DNA of 63,172 nucleotides, filler included, from Stramenopiles sp. TOSAG23-6 (GCA_900128565.1; 37 parts of 37 records of this genome joined end to end with filler, not necessarily neighbours in it); one strand, 5' to 3'. Counted from the whole stretch's first letter, positions 13,652-26,601 are shown. Translations and numbers: made by a program. Notes: a model not told the origin generated them from the sequence alone.

Positions 13652-13754
13652 ANNNNNNNNNNNNNNNNNNNNNNNNNNNNNNNNNNNNNNNNNNNNTTAA
13701 TTAATTAANNNNNNNNNNNNNNNNNNNNNNNNNNNNNNNNNNNNNNNNNNNNAC

Positions 13755-14222
13755 GATGTCGACGGGGAGTACGACGCTGTTATATTGAGCTTAGTCGTCA
13801 ATTTTGTCGGGTGCCCAAGACGGCGTGGGGATATGCTTGGTTTGTGCTCACACCCAATGCTCCTGAAAAAAGGAGGACTTCTGTTTCTAGTGCGGCCTTC
13901 TGCTTGTACCGAGAATTCAAGGTACATGAACGAGCAGACTTTGGTGAACACAATGAAACATCTAAATTTTGACCTGGTTAGCTCAAGGACCACAAGAAAA
14001 CTGTATTTTGGAAAGTTTCAGCTGCAGAAACCGTGCCCATTTTGGAACTTGAAAAATCACCCAAACTTTAAACCCTCGGACGATGATGGTTCAAGTTTGC
14101 CGGAGTGGAAAACGGACAGCATGTGCTATGATTTTGGGGAACGAGGCTTCCCAAGGCGAACATTGCGGGGGGGTCAAAAGCGCAACAATTTTGCAATCAT
14201 CCTAAGGAAAAGAAAAGAATAA
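13755..14222 (+). CDS. BMT2: 25S rRNA adenine-N1 methyltransferase BMT2-like, C-terminal part
   Basis: YDAVILSLVVNFVG.P.RRGDML...GLLFLVRPSACTENSRY...RNNFAIIL. Confidence 0.75.
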   Translation, partial: DVDGEYDAVILSLVVNFVGCPRRRGDMLGLCSHPMLLKKGGLLFLVRPSACTENSRYMNEQTLVNTMKHLNFDLVSSRTTRKLYFGKFQLQKPCPFWNLKNHPNFKPSDDDGSSLPEWKTDSMCYDFGERGFPRRTLRGGQKRNNFAIILRKRKE

Positions 14223-14818
14223 TAAAGTAATAAATTAATATAATAACTACGAAATGTATATAGTCTAATTAATTTTTAATGGATAACAATTTCCACAATA
14301 TAAATAATTACTTAAATTATATAGAAACTGAGTTTCATTTCTTAATTTCTTTAATAGTCTACGAGTAGTATACTTTTGGTATTCTATATTATAGTCTATA
14401 TTGGTAGGACTATAATACAATAACTGGTGTTTTTTTTTTTTATACGTTATTCCGGACTAACTATAAATTACGGTACTGCTCGCTATAATATTCTGTATTA
14501 TAATAGTACGAATACAATCCACCTCATCTTTTGTTTTATTATTATTTTAAGACGACTAATTAGCCTGGTGGGCTAAACAAAATACATGCAACCTTGTCTC
14601 TCCGAGGGATGGCGGAAAATTAGTAAGGTTTGAAATAAGATCTAGCGTCTTCAACAATTTCTAATATTGCATCAAGATTCCTTGCTGAATCCAAACGGTC
14701 CATCGATCAGATACTGTTTCGTATCGTCGCAACAACCCCTCCGTTTCCTTGAACGTTCTCCGCGTGCCCTTCGTGACTGAAAAAGGAGGGATTGTTCTTC
14801 CGAACTTGGCAGAAAAAC

Positions 14819-15369
14819 ATGGGGGCGGGTGCGATGCAAAAGATCTCCGATAAGTGGAGTGATTTCAAAGATGGCGACGAGAAGTTTTTCGACATGAACG
14901 CACTAACAGGGGAAAAAATTAAAGATAGGAAATTTATAGTGAACGACCTGGAGGGTCAAGATGAGGAGTCAATGGAAACGTTCAAAAGCCTTGGTCTCTC
15001 GGCAATCCAAATAGACAAGTTTTACTCCACTTTTCGGGCCATTGATGGGGACAATGGGGGGGACATTGACATGCACGAGTTCTACGCCTTTTTTGACTTA
15101 GAAGAGAGCCCGTTTGTAGATCGTACCTTTGGGTTGTTTGACAGGGACGACTCGGGGAAGATAGACTTTGAAGAGTTCGTGTGTGCGGTATGGAACTTTT
15201 GTACTACGTCCACAGAAATGTTAATTCCGTTTGCGTTTAACTTGTACGATTTGGACGGCTCGAAGGACTTAGACCCGGAAGAGGTTGATGTTTTGGTGAC
15301 GGAAATATTGGGCGACCAGGGTACAAACGATGAAGAAGTAGCGCAAGGTGGGGGGGGGGATTTGATGGA
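14819..15369 (+). CDS. EF-hand calcium sensor (calcineurin B/NCS-like), 3'-partial
   Basis: EF loops DGDNGGDIDMHE, DRDDSGKIDFEE, DLDGSKDLDPEE. Confidence 0.85.
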
Positions 15370-15469
15370 NNNNNNNNNNNNNNNNNNNNNNNNNNNNNNN
15401 NNNNNNNNNNNNNTTAATTAATTAANNNNNNNNNNNNNNNNNNNNNNNNNNNNNNNNNNNNNNNNNNNN

Positions 15470-16988
15470 CAAGACGGGACATCATTGAACCGATAAAACT
15501 TTCTAAGAGGAAACCAAAATCTGCCGATATTCGAAAACAGCGTGTACAAGATACCATTCCCAAGCAAAACCTGTACATGCAATGGTGTCATGGAATTACG
15601 TCTGGTGACATTGCTCCATTAGCTTCGGGGGAGTTGGTATACGGCGTTGCATCAACGCAGATATTATTAGGGAGAGAAAGTAATGATAATGAAAAAATCG
15701 TTCAAAGATTTTTCCAATCGGGAGTGGGGAAGGTTACTAGTCTTGCAACACATCCCAATGGATTTATAGTTGCGAGTGGTCATGCCGTGCCNNNNNNNNN
15801 NNNNNNNNNNNNNNNNNNNNNNNNNNNNNNNNATCCCAGACTTACTGAAATTGGATCTCATATTGTAATTTGGGATTCTGGTACTTCAAATAATCAAGGT
15901 GTGGGACTTTTAAGTGAACCAGTACAACTCCAAAAACTGAAGTATCATGTAGATCAAGTCACATGTCTCAACTTCTCTCCAGATGGAAATCTATTAATCA
16001 CAGGTGGGGTTAGAGGGGACATTGCCTTATGGCGATGGAGGACGGGTGAAATGCTGTCGGCATTGAGTTATCCAAGTACTGGCCGAACTTCACCAGACAC
16101 TGGATCATATGCAAGCATTTTTCAAGAAGTAATAGATCTTTCTTTGAGTAGTGATTTATTTTCCGTATTAAGTCCGGAGTCCATCGACGTAGTGGGAATA
16201 ATAAAAGGCTCGGATGATCATACTGAAATGGCTCGAAGAGCTAGAAAATCTAAATCTAAAGACTCAGGAAATGATGCGAATGCTGCTGAAATGAATCAAG
16301 CAATGGGTAGATTATCAGAGGATACTGGTACATCTTGGAGCTTTCGCTCAGTTGAAGAGATTCCAAATCATTTGGATAAGACATATGAAGGAAAAGATCA
16401 GATGAGTGGTGGTTCTTCACCATCACAAAAAAATAAACAGAAACAAATTCTATCCATGATGCGGAGCACAAGTACTACACAGCTTCCAACGGACACTTTA
16501 TGTTTTGCAGTCATACACTCTAACGAAGCAAATAATGATGAACAACGTAGAACAATGTCTCGTGATATTTCAATCGTAGTCTCTGGAACTTCTGATGGGG
16601 CCTTAGACATTTGGCTCCCGTTTTCAGCTGGAAGACTCCTCGTCACAAAACTTCTTCGAATGAATNNNNNNNNNNNNNNNNNNNNNNNGCTGTACAAACA
16701 GTATGTGCTTATCATAGTGGTTCAGCCTCTGGTATATCAGATATTGAGGATGCCAGTTTGATCCTCTCAGGGGGTCGAGATGGAACCCTAAAGTTATGGT
16801 CAATTCATTATGTACAAGCAAAAGCAGTTAATGCATTTCTTCCAGAGACATCATGGCAACATTCTCCTGAAGTTCGTTTACTTCCAATGTGGTCAATATC
16901 ACCGTGGAAGAATCATAAGTTATCAAACATTCCTCGCTTAACTACACAAATTGGCAGTCCATCCATTTTCACTACTAGACTTCGATGA
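15470..16988 (+). CDS. WD40-repeat protein fragment (EML/CFAP-like)
   Basis: HVDQVTCLNFSPDGNLLITGG, SGTSDGALDIW, LSGGRDGTLKLW; interrupted by N gaps. Confidence 0.75.
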
Positions 16989-17229
16989 ACAGTTTGAAGA
17001 TGATTCTTGTTTGAATACGAAACATGAAAATAGTGTCCCAAAATCACCCATGGTAAGCGAACTACAAACGAAAGTTGATGTTGACNNNNNNNNNNNNNNN
17101 NNNNNNNNNNNNNNNNNNNNNNNNNNNNNTTAATTAATTAANNNNNNNNNNNNNNNNNNNNNNNNNNNNNNNNNNNNNNNNNNNNTTTTTTTTTTTTTTT
17201 TTGGATAGGGTTGTTCAATGATAACTTAC

Positions 17230-18199
17230 ATTCCATTACCAAGTGGACTGCAGCAACCAAGAATGTGCAATGTTTCGTGTAAGGCAGTGGACCGTAAATC
17301 TTGTAATACATCGGGTGAAGCACTGTTTGTGACATCAATTACAGCTGGACAAAAATTATACACACCTACGGTACATGTAGTATAGGAAAATATTTTTTTG
17401 AAAAAAAAATTCAAAAATATGTTAGGTACAAAATTTCGTATGAAAAAAAAAAATCAAAAAATCTCAAAAATCTCAAAAAAAAAAATCAAAACATCTCAAA
17501 AAAAAACATACATCGATCTAAAGTATCTTTTTGTACGCAATATGCGAATCCAGCCACACTTGCAGAAGGACTAGGTTGCATGGTAATGATAATAACTAGA
17601 TCTGTATTAGTATATTCTTTCTTCAATGTCGCTATTGATCCAAAATTGTCTAAATTTGTTGTTTTAATTTTAATAGTGTCAGTCACTGCATTCATGAGGA
17701 CTCCACTTTTAATGTAATTTCCTGTCCATTCATTCAACGACTTTACTAGCTTTTGCTTTGCATCTGTAATAAGATCATCTTCCTTGCAAGTATATGAGCA
17801 GTTGCCAGATGATCTTGCAGAACATGGATCAACAGTCTCACCTACGGTGTGACAGTGTCCATTACCTTTGACACCAGAAAAATGAGTTAAAAAATCATAT
17901 ACATATTCAATTCTCATGTTTCCTACAGTATTTTTCAAAGTTTCATTTTTGAGACGCATCGACGGTGAATTCCAAGGGACGGCTGTATCTAAACGTCTTT
18001 CAATGTTATTTTTATAATGTAGTTGTGTTGTATCACTATATTTTTGACTGGAAACAAAGGGCTCCGGGAATATTGAGCCAGGAGTATCCGCTGGTAAGTC
18101 AGCAATTTGATTATGATGCGTTTCATGATTATGATGATGATGACCATGCGCTGATACTTTTACTATTGAATATATGATCAATATAGATAATAAGAACAT
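17230..18199 (-). CDS. Leishmanolysin/GP63-like M8 metalloprotease, secreted, 3'-partial; GT-AT intron 17375-17511
   Basis: Hydrophobic N-terminus; AYCVQKDTLDR|CTVGVYNFCP...HETLHILG (HExxH). Confidence 0.85.
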
Positions 18200-19169
18200 G
18201 TTGCGAAATATATTTGGTTTGATTCGTCTACAATACAGTACAATAAAAAGATGTAGAGAAACAGATTTTTTTTGAAAGAGAGAGAACAACAACGAAAACA
18301 CAAAAAATATAAAGAAGAGAGAGCGATTCTTAGAGAGCGAGTACACATTCGTTTCCCGGTAACGATCGAAACACGAAATATAGATCAAAACACGATTCCA
18401 GCATCATTTCTGTTATATTAAATAATACAATATGATAACAATAAAAAAAGACTTTTAAGGCCATTCATATCAGTTTTATATTTTTGATTCTATCCTTCTG
18501 TAGTTAAAAAAGACATCAATGATCAAAAACGCCAAACACAATCGATTTGAAATTCAATTCATAAACACAATCGATTTGAAATTCAATTCATAAATTCATA
18601 AATTAACTTATACTTCAACATCATGCCTATGATCAATAAGTACACCATGAGTTTCATCCGTTTGACGTTTTTTACTGTTAAATGCAACCAAAAGCCATGC
18701 AAATCCAGCAAAAAATAGAGTCAATAAAAATAAAACAGCAGCAATTATACAATGTTGAAAAAATATTTAAAAAAAAAATCGTTAGGTACAAAATTGTATA
18801 NNNNNNNNNNNNNNNNNNNNNNNNNNNNNNNNNNNNNNNNNNNNTTAATTAATTAANNNNNNNNNNNNNNNNNNNNNNNNNNNNNNNNNNNNNNNNNNNN
18901 AAAGAAAACAAGTTTCAAATTCGAAAGACGATATAGAAAAACAAATGAATGCAAAACGTCCACGGGAGGAATCAGAGGAGTTTTCTCCCAAAATTACAAA
19001 AAAAATCAAAACAAGTGTGGCGAAATAAATAATACTAAACTAATATGCAAATGGAGAATTTGAATAAAATATGAAAGATTTTTAACACGAAATATATACT
19101 CTATAAGAATTAAAAATTTTGGTCAAATACTGAGACTATTTTTTAATGAATCATAATAAACAATAATGA

Positions 19170-20514
19170 CTATATTGCAACTTCATCATTTATAATATCC
19201 ACCTCCATGTCTTCTTCAAATTGTAATTGTATTTCTGACATTTGTCTTCGTCTCCTTGGAACTGCTAATTTGTTAAGATCAGCTAAATGACGCATCGTGG
19301 GACGTCCGTGTGGACAATTCCAAGGTTGATTTAATGTCGTCAAGTTATATAATATTTTCTGCATTTGCTGTCTTGATAAAGCAGAACCAATCATTATACT
19401 AGTTCGACATGCTCTTGATGCATACATTGCTATAAGCTTGGGTAATCTGACATATGATACATCATCGGCACCGGTTCTCTTACCTCCACGTTGAGACCGA
19501 TGACCTAACGCTAAAGCAGGCGATTCACGCAATAGTGATGCTAATTCATGAACATCTTCAACCCCAAAAAGTGTTTTTTTTGAATATGGCACTGACAGTA
19601 AACGAAGTTGTTGGCCTGGTTCGGCATCTTCAATAACCCTCAAACGAAATCCATTCTTTTTAAATATTTCAATATTTTCCTTTATAGTAATTTCTTCTAC
19701 CACTGTAAGTTTCATGTCTAGGGGTTGAATTAAATTTTGTTCATGAATCTCAGTCGATTTTTGAAGATTTTCAAAATTGTATTTTTCATCACACGCATGT
19801 TGATCTAAAATAAAAATATCAGACTTTAAACGAGCAATGATAAAACCAAGATTAAATTGCCCAGCGATATGCATATCACCAAATGATGATTTTTGAAAAA
19901 CTCTTTGTAAAACTTCGATTTCCGAATTTTCTTTATCATTTCCAGATTTTGATGAGACATTTGCTGTACTGTTTTGAGTAGTAGTATATTTATCAGCTAT
20001 ATATTGTTTATATTTTCTACGACGTTTTATACCTAATTTAATTGATTTTAAGGATGGCCGAATCACGAGAGAAGGATATTTTTGAGAGTTTTTGGGGGAA
20101 TGTATTGCTTCGTCTTTTTTCGTGTTTTTCGTGTTTTTAGGGGAATTTGTTATTTCGATTTTGTTCGATTGTGGCGATTCTATCAAATTGTTTATAGATG
20201 CAGACAACACATTTGACTCAAATTCATTTATATTTTTCTTGGACTCACTGGCAATGTCATTTTCAAGTGCAATGTTTGACGTACTAGAAATAGAAGAATT
20301 TTCAAGTGCAATATTTGACGTACTAGAAATAGAAGAACTAACTTTTTTTAGAGACGAATTTCGTGTTGCAGAAAAAATCGCATTTCGTTCATTAGTTTTA
20401 TGCATATGTGAATTACCTTTCTGTTTCTTTACATGTCGTTTTGTGTTTTGTTCTTTTTTACGTTTAATTGAAACGTTTTCATCTAAAACATTTTGAGGAT
20501 TTTGATCCTTTCGT
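19170..20514 (-). CDS. PMS2: Mismatch-repair endonuclease PMS2 (MutL family), C-terminal part
   Basis: GQFNLGFI, DQHACDEKYNFE, ASRACR, PWNCPHGRPTMRHL. Confidence 0.95.
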
Positions 20515-20714
20515 NNNNNNNNNNNNNNNNNNNNNNNNNNNNNNNNNNNNNNNNNNNNTTAATTAATTAANNNNNNNNNNNNNNNNNNNNNNNNNNNNNN
20601 NNNNNNNNNNNNNNATGTATGTTTTCAGGATCAATTTTAAATTCATTTTTTTTTCGTACGAAATTTTGTACCTAACAAAAACTTTTACTAAAAAAAATAT
20701 TTTCCCAAAATACA

Positions 20715-22164
20715 TGAAAGCTACGGATAAAATGAATCGTCTTATGAAAAATGCAGGAAAAAAAATCACCTCACATGTGGGAAAGAATAAAGATGTTCAT
20801 TTTTCTTCTAAAACTAAAAGAATGTATGTTTTCATCAATTCTAACTAATTATAGATAATGACGTACCTCAATGTTTTTTTTAATCTACATTTTTTTTATA
20901 GGAAATTTCGTACCTAACAAATTTGAAAAAAAAAATATACTTTTTTACAATGTGTGGTCGCAACATTTGAAAAAGATTCACATAATTTGAAACAAGTAAC
21001 TAGAAGTGGTTTGTCTCTGTTGATGCAAAGTCTTCAGCACGTAGAAAACAAAGCGAGTCTTCGAATTGTTCATTCAACAATATATCAGAAACATGTCGCT
21101 GTCAAGCATGTACATTTTNAAAATTGAATTTCAAATGTATATATATTTTTCATACTAAATTCCGTACCTAACGATTTTTTTTCGGTANAAAAAAAANATA
21201 TTTTTTCACAATACAGGGACATGTAGAAGAAGATCCCGATCCNACAAAATCAAGTGCAACTCAGCAAAATCTCGCTGCAGCTTCAATTATTGTTAATGCT
21301 GTGATGGATTTCAATACGGAAGTACGTTTTCATTATGAATTTTAAATTTCTTTTTTTTTATTCAAAACAAAATATACTAAACAAATTTCAAATTTGATAT
21401 AATTCCCCAAAATACATGTATTCTACTCTATGGACTGTGCTGCGGAAATTGTACTAGAAGATGGCAAAAATGTTGTAGTAGATACGACAGATGATATCTA
21501 TGGAAAAGAAGCTTCAGAACTTGTATCTGAAGTTGCTGAAGCACTCACTGATGATATATCTGTTGCTGGTACAATGTGTAAAATGGCAAGCATTGCCTCG
21601 TGTGGTACAACCACTGTAGTTGTAGGTATTGGCAAAAGCGCGATACATTTGAAAAATCGTTCAGAATGGGCGTCAGGCGATATCATTCAACAAGGGTTTA
21701 TGTACAGTTTACTTCCTCGAGAGTTATCAGATGTAATTAAAGTTGCTAAAAGTGTAAGCAAAAGCACAAAAGAAAAGGCAACCAATTTTTATCATCAAGG
21801 TCTGGAAAGTTTTCAAAAAATAAAAAAACAAACCTGGTTTCGCAAGGGTAAAGCAGTAGCTGCTGCAAAAGATCATGAAACACCTAAAACAACGAAAAAC
21901 AATGCGAAGGATATTATCGTACATGAAATGGATGGTGTAACAAAAGAAGCGGATGTAGTTGTGAATGTTGCAACAAAAGTGATTCTAAAATGGACCAAAG
22001 TCTGTATGTTTTATTTTTTTTTCAACTTCGTTTTTTTTTTCGTACGAAATTTTGTACCTAACGAAAAACAAATTGAAATATTTTTTCATAATATATGGTG
22101 TATTTTACGACAGGACACCTTTGCTGTATTTCAGGAAAAGCCAAAAAAAGATAACGCAGAAGAT
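20715..22164 (+). CDS. Multi-exon protein with PH-domain start; introns 20824-20955, 21110-21216 (AG), 21322-21417, 22004-22096
   Basis: Splicing restores KWTKV-W-CILRQDTFAVF (PH beta1/beta2 WxKxWxxL); the second W codon is formed across a GT-AT junction. Confidence 0.65.
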
Positions 22165-22329
22165 GTATGTTTTATTTTTTTTCAATTTCGATTTTTTTTC
22201 GTACGAAATTTTGTACCTAACGATTTTTNNNNNNNNNNNNNNNNNNNNNNNNNNNNNNNNNNNNNNNNNNNNTTAATTAATTAANNNNNNNNNNNNNNNN
22301 NNNNNNNNNNNNNNNNNNNNNNNNNNNNC

Positions 22330-23942
22330 AGGAAAATAAACCAAAAAACAATAATCATAAAAATTCACTATCTGTGAGTCAGCGAACAGTGCAGGGTATG
22401 AAACTACCAGCTTGTATGATAAAACAAATAGTATTACATGAGCCATGTAGGAATCCTCAATATTTACACACACTAATGGCGATAATACGTTTTTTTGTTG
22501 AAAGAGGAGGGGACCTCTGGAAGATTTTAAGAAAAAAAGGCCCAATAATGAAGAGTCAAAATATGTTGCAGTTAACTCAAGCATTAATTAATGGTTCTGA
22601 TGACGGTTATGGAGACTCTGATTTTGATGATGATGGTTCCGATGACGATGAAGAATTCGATACATATGAGGATTTACCGTCGCAAGATAAAGTTGCACTT
22701 GATACAAAAGGAATGCCTATATACCTACTGGGAGGAAGGAAAATTGATGGCTTCAAAGGAATTCTTTCATGTAGTATTGCGTTACTTTCTAATGTATCAG
22801 CGGGTCTGTCGCCAACTGATTTATGGCAATTATTAGAAAAGATGGAGGTTCCTTGTTTTGAAAAAGCGAAGCGCACTAACTTAATATGGTTACTACATTA
22901 CTTGGGTGTGATGCAAGTAGATGAATTATTATCATTAAGTCCACGATGTCGAGGAACAATTCTAAGTCGTGCAATATATGCAAATCTTCAGCAGCATAAA
23001 GATGGCGATGAGGTTAGTGATTCGGAGGATGAAGAAGACGATACATACCCATATGCATCAAAAATTCAACAAAAAGTTGTTTTACAATATTTACGGGCAT
23101 ATTTTACAAAACTTCCACTATGTCAACGGCGTGTGGAAGAACTACCAGCTCAATTAGAAAAGAGCTGCAAGTGGAATGCTTTAAAAGCCGCAGTTTCACA
23201 AGTGCCTATGTTCTTGTACATGTTTAAGGGTAATCCACACCTTCGTCACAAATTAAAGCAATATTGGAGACAATTAGCATGTAATATACTTAGCAAAGAT
23301 GATTACCTCCCATTACCCAGATCAAAAACACATTTTGATCCAGTACATGAGTATAATAGATCCGTACAAGATTGGTGTTCAATCACAACTCCTTCTTCAG
23401 TAGAGCTCACGCATGTTTTGATGCAAATTCTTACCTTTTTTAAAGAATTTTCTCGTTTCGAGACCCTAGTGCCGTCATTTCGCCATCCCGGTCTTACGAT
23501 GAGTACTCTCACTACAATTGAATTGCCAGACTTTACTCTTCCCAATAGAGAGGGCACCTTACATAATCATCCTCATTACTTTTACCATAGATGGATTTGG
23601 GTTCAGTTTCCATGGATGGCTCTAGGTCAACCTCGGATACTCCATAATTTAACAGCACAGGCAAGGCAGGCGGTTTTAGAAAGCCATGATCCTTTAGAAG
23701 CTTTAGAAAGTAATGATGTTTCGAGATCTGCAACAGGTTCGTTTTGGAATGTAAAAAAAGTTGATCCCGAAAAAGGTCCCAAAAATGAGGCGACTTTTCA
23801 TAGGATGAAGGCAAAAATTAATGGTAAATTACAGAAAAATAGCCCATCCCGAAATATTAATACAACTGAGCCTGAAATGATGACATTACAAATGGCACAG
23901 AAAAGATCTATACAATCATCTCATGGTTCTCTTAATCAAAAA
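22330..23942 (+). CDS. Large protein fragment resembling the NACHT-associated region of nephrocystin-3/NWD-type proteins
   Basis: Long intronless ORF; RRVEELPAQL...W..LK...LKQYWRQL. Confidence 0.45.
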
Positions 23943-24294
23943 NNNNNNNNNNNNNNNNNNNNNNNNNNNNNNNNNNNNNNNNNNNNTTAATTAATTAANN
24001 NNNNNNNNNNNNNNNNNNNNNNNNNNNNNNNNNNNNNNNNNNATTGGGAATACTTCACTATTCATTTTTGATTACACTCTCATAAAATTAATCATAGCAT
24101 ACCTGAACTAATATAAATTAATTCGTCAACACTATTATTCTTATCCTTCTGTAGAACCTTAAGTCATACTCCAGTACAACCGTCAGTAATACTTCAGCAC
24201 AACCGTAAGAAATACTTCAGCACAACCTTGAGTAATGCTGGAACAATCTTAAACTCATTTGAAGAAACTGTAATCTGCCATATGTAAGATCAAT

Positions 24295-24524
24295 TTAGCG
24301 GCGTCTAGCCTTAGCAGAAACAGCTTTTGTTCCTTCACGGAAACCGTTTTTAAAGCGGCGGCTCATAGTCTTGAGGTGGCGCATTCTACCGGTACCCTGA
24401 GTGCGACGGCGGAGTGCCAACCACACTTACCTTTCTGGATGTGGTATGCACGACGACCACAACGACGACATGTGACGTGTGTCTTGGATGTGCGTTTTCC
24501 GAACGATGATGTACCCTTGGTCAT
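24295..24524 (-). pseudogene. RPL37: 60S ribosomal protein L37 with internal deletion and frameshift (or assembly error)
   Basis: [31 protein letters not shown] in one frame and [26 protein letters not shown] in another; the CGYP...YNW..K segment is missing at 24418/24419. Confidence 0.85.
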
Positions 24525-24796
24525 TTTTTCTAATGGACTGAGTGAAGTTTTCCTGCACAAGGGAAAAAGACCACGAACACGGCGGCCGAAAGAAGAAATG
24601 TGCCCGGGTCAAAAAAGTGGCTGAATCCATCCGACAAACCTGTCTGTCAACGAAATTTCGTACGAAAAATGTGTACCTGGATTTTGACTTAGAGCATACT
24701 TGCTTAGAGAGATTTCCTAACTCGTGTTTGAGCTGAATCAAATTTGGAGATTTGAGATTAGATTGTAGTCTAAATTCTAGTTTGAATGCTAAGAAA

Positions 24797-25285
24797 ATGA
24801 CACCGACAAGTAATAGTGATAGACCACCGATTCGTCATGATTGTAGGGAAAGTAGTGCTACTCAGAAATTTTCATCAAAAGATAGAGTGAGTACGCCAGG
24901 TCAAACTGTAAAAGTTAGCTCCAATGATGTTCAGTTTTCAACAGTTCGTTATCTTGCTGCTGGCGGACTTGCAGGTTGCTTTGCAAAGACGATAATCGCA
25001 CCACTAGAGCGCGCTCGTATTCTTGCTCAGACAGGTGGGCAAGTTGGTGGCTTTCGTAGTTCTATGATTGAAATATTTAAAACTGAGGGAGTTTCTGGTT
25101 TTTGGAGAGGCAATGGCACAAATTGCTTACGTGTTCTTCCAAATAAAGGTTTTCTTTTTATGGCAAACGACTGTTGGAAAAATGCTTTCCGGTCAGCTCT
25201 GAACAGTTCTACATTGGACATTCAATATTTATTCTTATCTGGTTCTCTAGCAGGCATGACTGCGACACTTTTAATTTTTATGTGA
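24797..25285 (+). CDS. Mitochondrial carrier (SLC25) N-terminal part, truncated
   Basis: AGGLAGCFAKTIIAPLERARIL (PxD/ExxK/R), EGVSGFWRGNGTNCLRVLP. Confidence 0.85.
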   Translation: MTPTSNSDRPPIRHDCRESSATQKFSSKDRVSTPGQTVKVSSNDVQFSTVRYLAAGGLAGCFAKTIIAPLERARILAQTGGQVGGFRSSMIEIFKTEGVSGFWRGNGTNCLRVLPNKGFLFMANDCWKNAFRSALNSSTLDIQYLFLSGSLAGMTATLLIFM

Positions 25286-25783
25286 AACTCACATAAGTGG
25301 AACATCAACGTTTAGTTTTAAGCTAAAGGTGCTTCAGACGAAACCAAATTCATATCAGGATCTTCAATCTGCTGAGGCATGAATTTCAAATTTATTTATG
25401 TTTTGTACCAAATTTTGTACCTAAGAATTGTTTTTCCTGATTGAAGTTTGCTCAATTCCACTACTTCTTTTACACATATTGACTTGGTTGCATAATGTAC
25501 AATTCACGGATAGTCTTTATCTCTACATTCTCTTTTTTTATCTTTTTTTCGCTCTCGATTCTCGTGTTTCGCTACTTTCTCTCTTCCCCATACCATCTTG
25601 GTCCGGGTTTCACTTATAGGCTATAAACAGTATTAAATACAGAAAAAAAGTACAAANNNNNNNNNNNNNNNNNNNNNNNNNNNNNNNNNNNNNNNNNNNN
25701 TTAATTAATTAANNNNNNNNNNNNNNNNNNNNNNNNNNNNNNNNNNNNNNNNNNNNTTTTTTAAATATTTTTTCACAATACAT

Positions 25784-26364
25784 GGCGTGGTGTATCCCTG
25801 GGAAGTTTTTAGTGATAGCACTAAAGCTAAAGAAATGACAACACATGTACGTTTTCAGTATTCATCTCAATTTCAAATTATTTTTTCGTACCAAATTGTA
25901 TACCTGACTTTTTTTAACTAAAAGAAATATTCTTTCAACAAAATATGTATATTTTTTTTTTTCAAAAAATTTCGTATCTAACAAAAACAAAAACAAAAAT
26001 ATTCTTTCACAAAATATGCTGAGGATACAATAGAAAATTTCCCGAGGGATATGCAGTGGGGTCAAGGAATTCAACTTGTAGATGATCATGTCGCATCCGA
26101 GCGACTTTTTAAAGAAGAAGCTGAAAGTGATGGTACATGTCGTGTACGTTTTTATCATTATTTTCAAAAACTGTTTACAAACAATTCTGTACCTAACGAC
26201 TGTTACAATTTCAAATATTTTTCATATTTTATTCTCGTAGCGTTCCTTTGGAAGTAACAAAAGGAGAGTGGATTGAAGTGATTGTTAAAATTGCAAAGGA
26301 TGGTGTTTTGATGCAGTGCTTGATAGAAAAAGTTACAGATGAAGGAGATGCTATTCATGAATAA
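25784..26364 (+). CDS. Three 3' exons of a hypothetical protein, possibly the beta-barrel end of an arginine methyltransferase
   Basis: Open frame after GT-AT splicing; RDMQWGQGIQL resembles PRMT THW-loop region (weak). Confidence 0.4.
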
Positions 26365-26428
26365 GTTACAGATAAAGGAGATGCTATTCATGAATAAGTT
26401 ACAGATGGAGGAGATGCTATTCATGAAT
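26330..26428 (+). repeat. Three tandem 33-nt units spanning the stop codon
   Basis: aagttacagatRRaggagatgctattcatgaat x3. Confidence 0.95.
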
Positions 26429-26601
26429 AATGTTTTCCTTTGTGTGATATAGTTATAGTATAATACTACGAGTAAGATATATTATATCAAAATCTAATAA
26501 AATTGTTGCAAAATATTTGTCTTTATATCCAGAAAAAATAGGTTAATGATTTCATCTTTCAATTTTAAATTTATTCATTTTTTGTACGAAATTTCGTACT
26601 T

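Noticed and set aside
24295-25285. Gene neighbourhoods as a functional cluster
   Set aside because: Adjacency across linkers is artificial; contigs are too short to infer clusters
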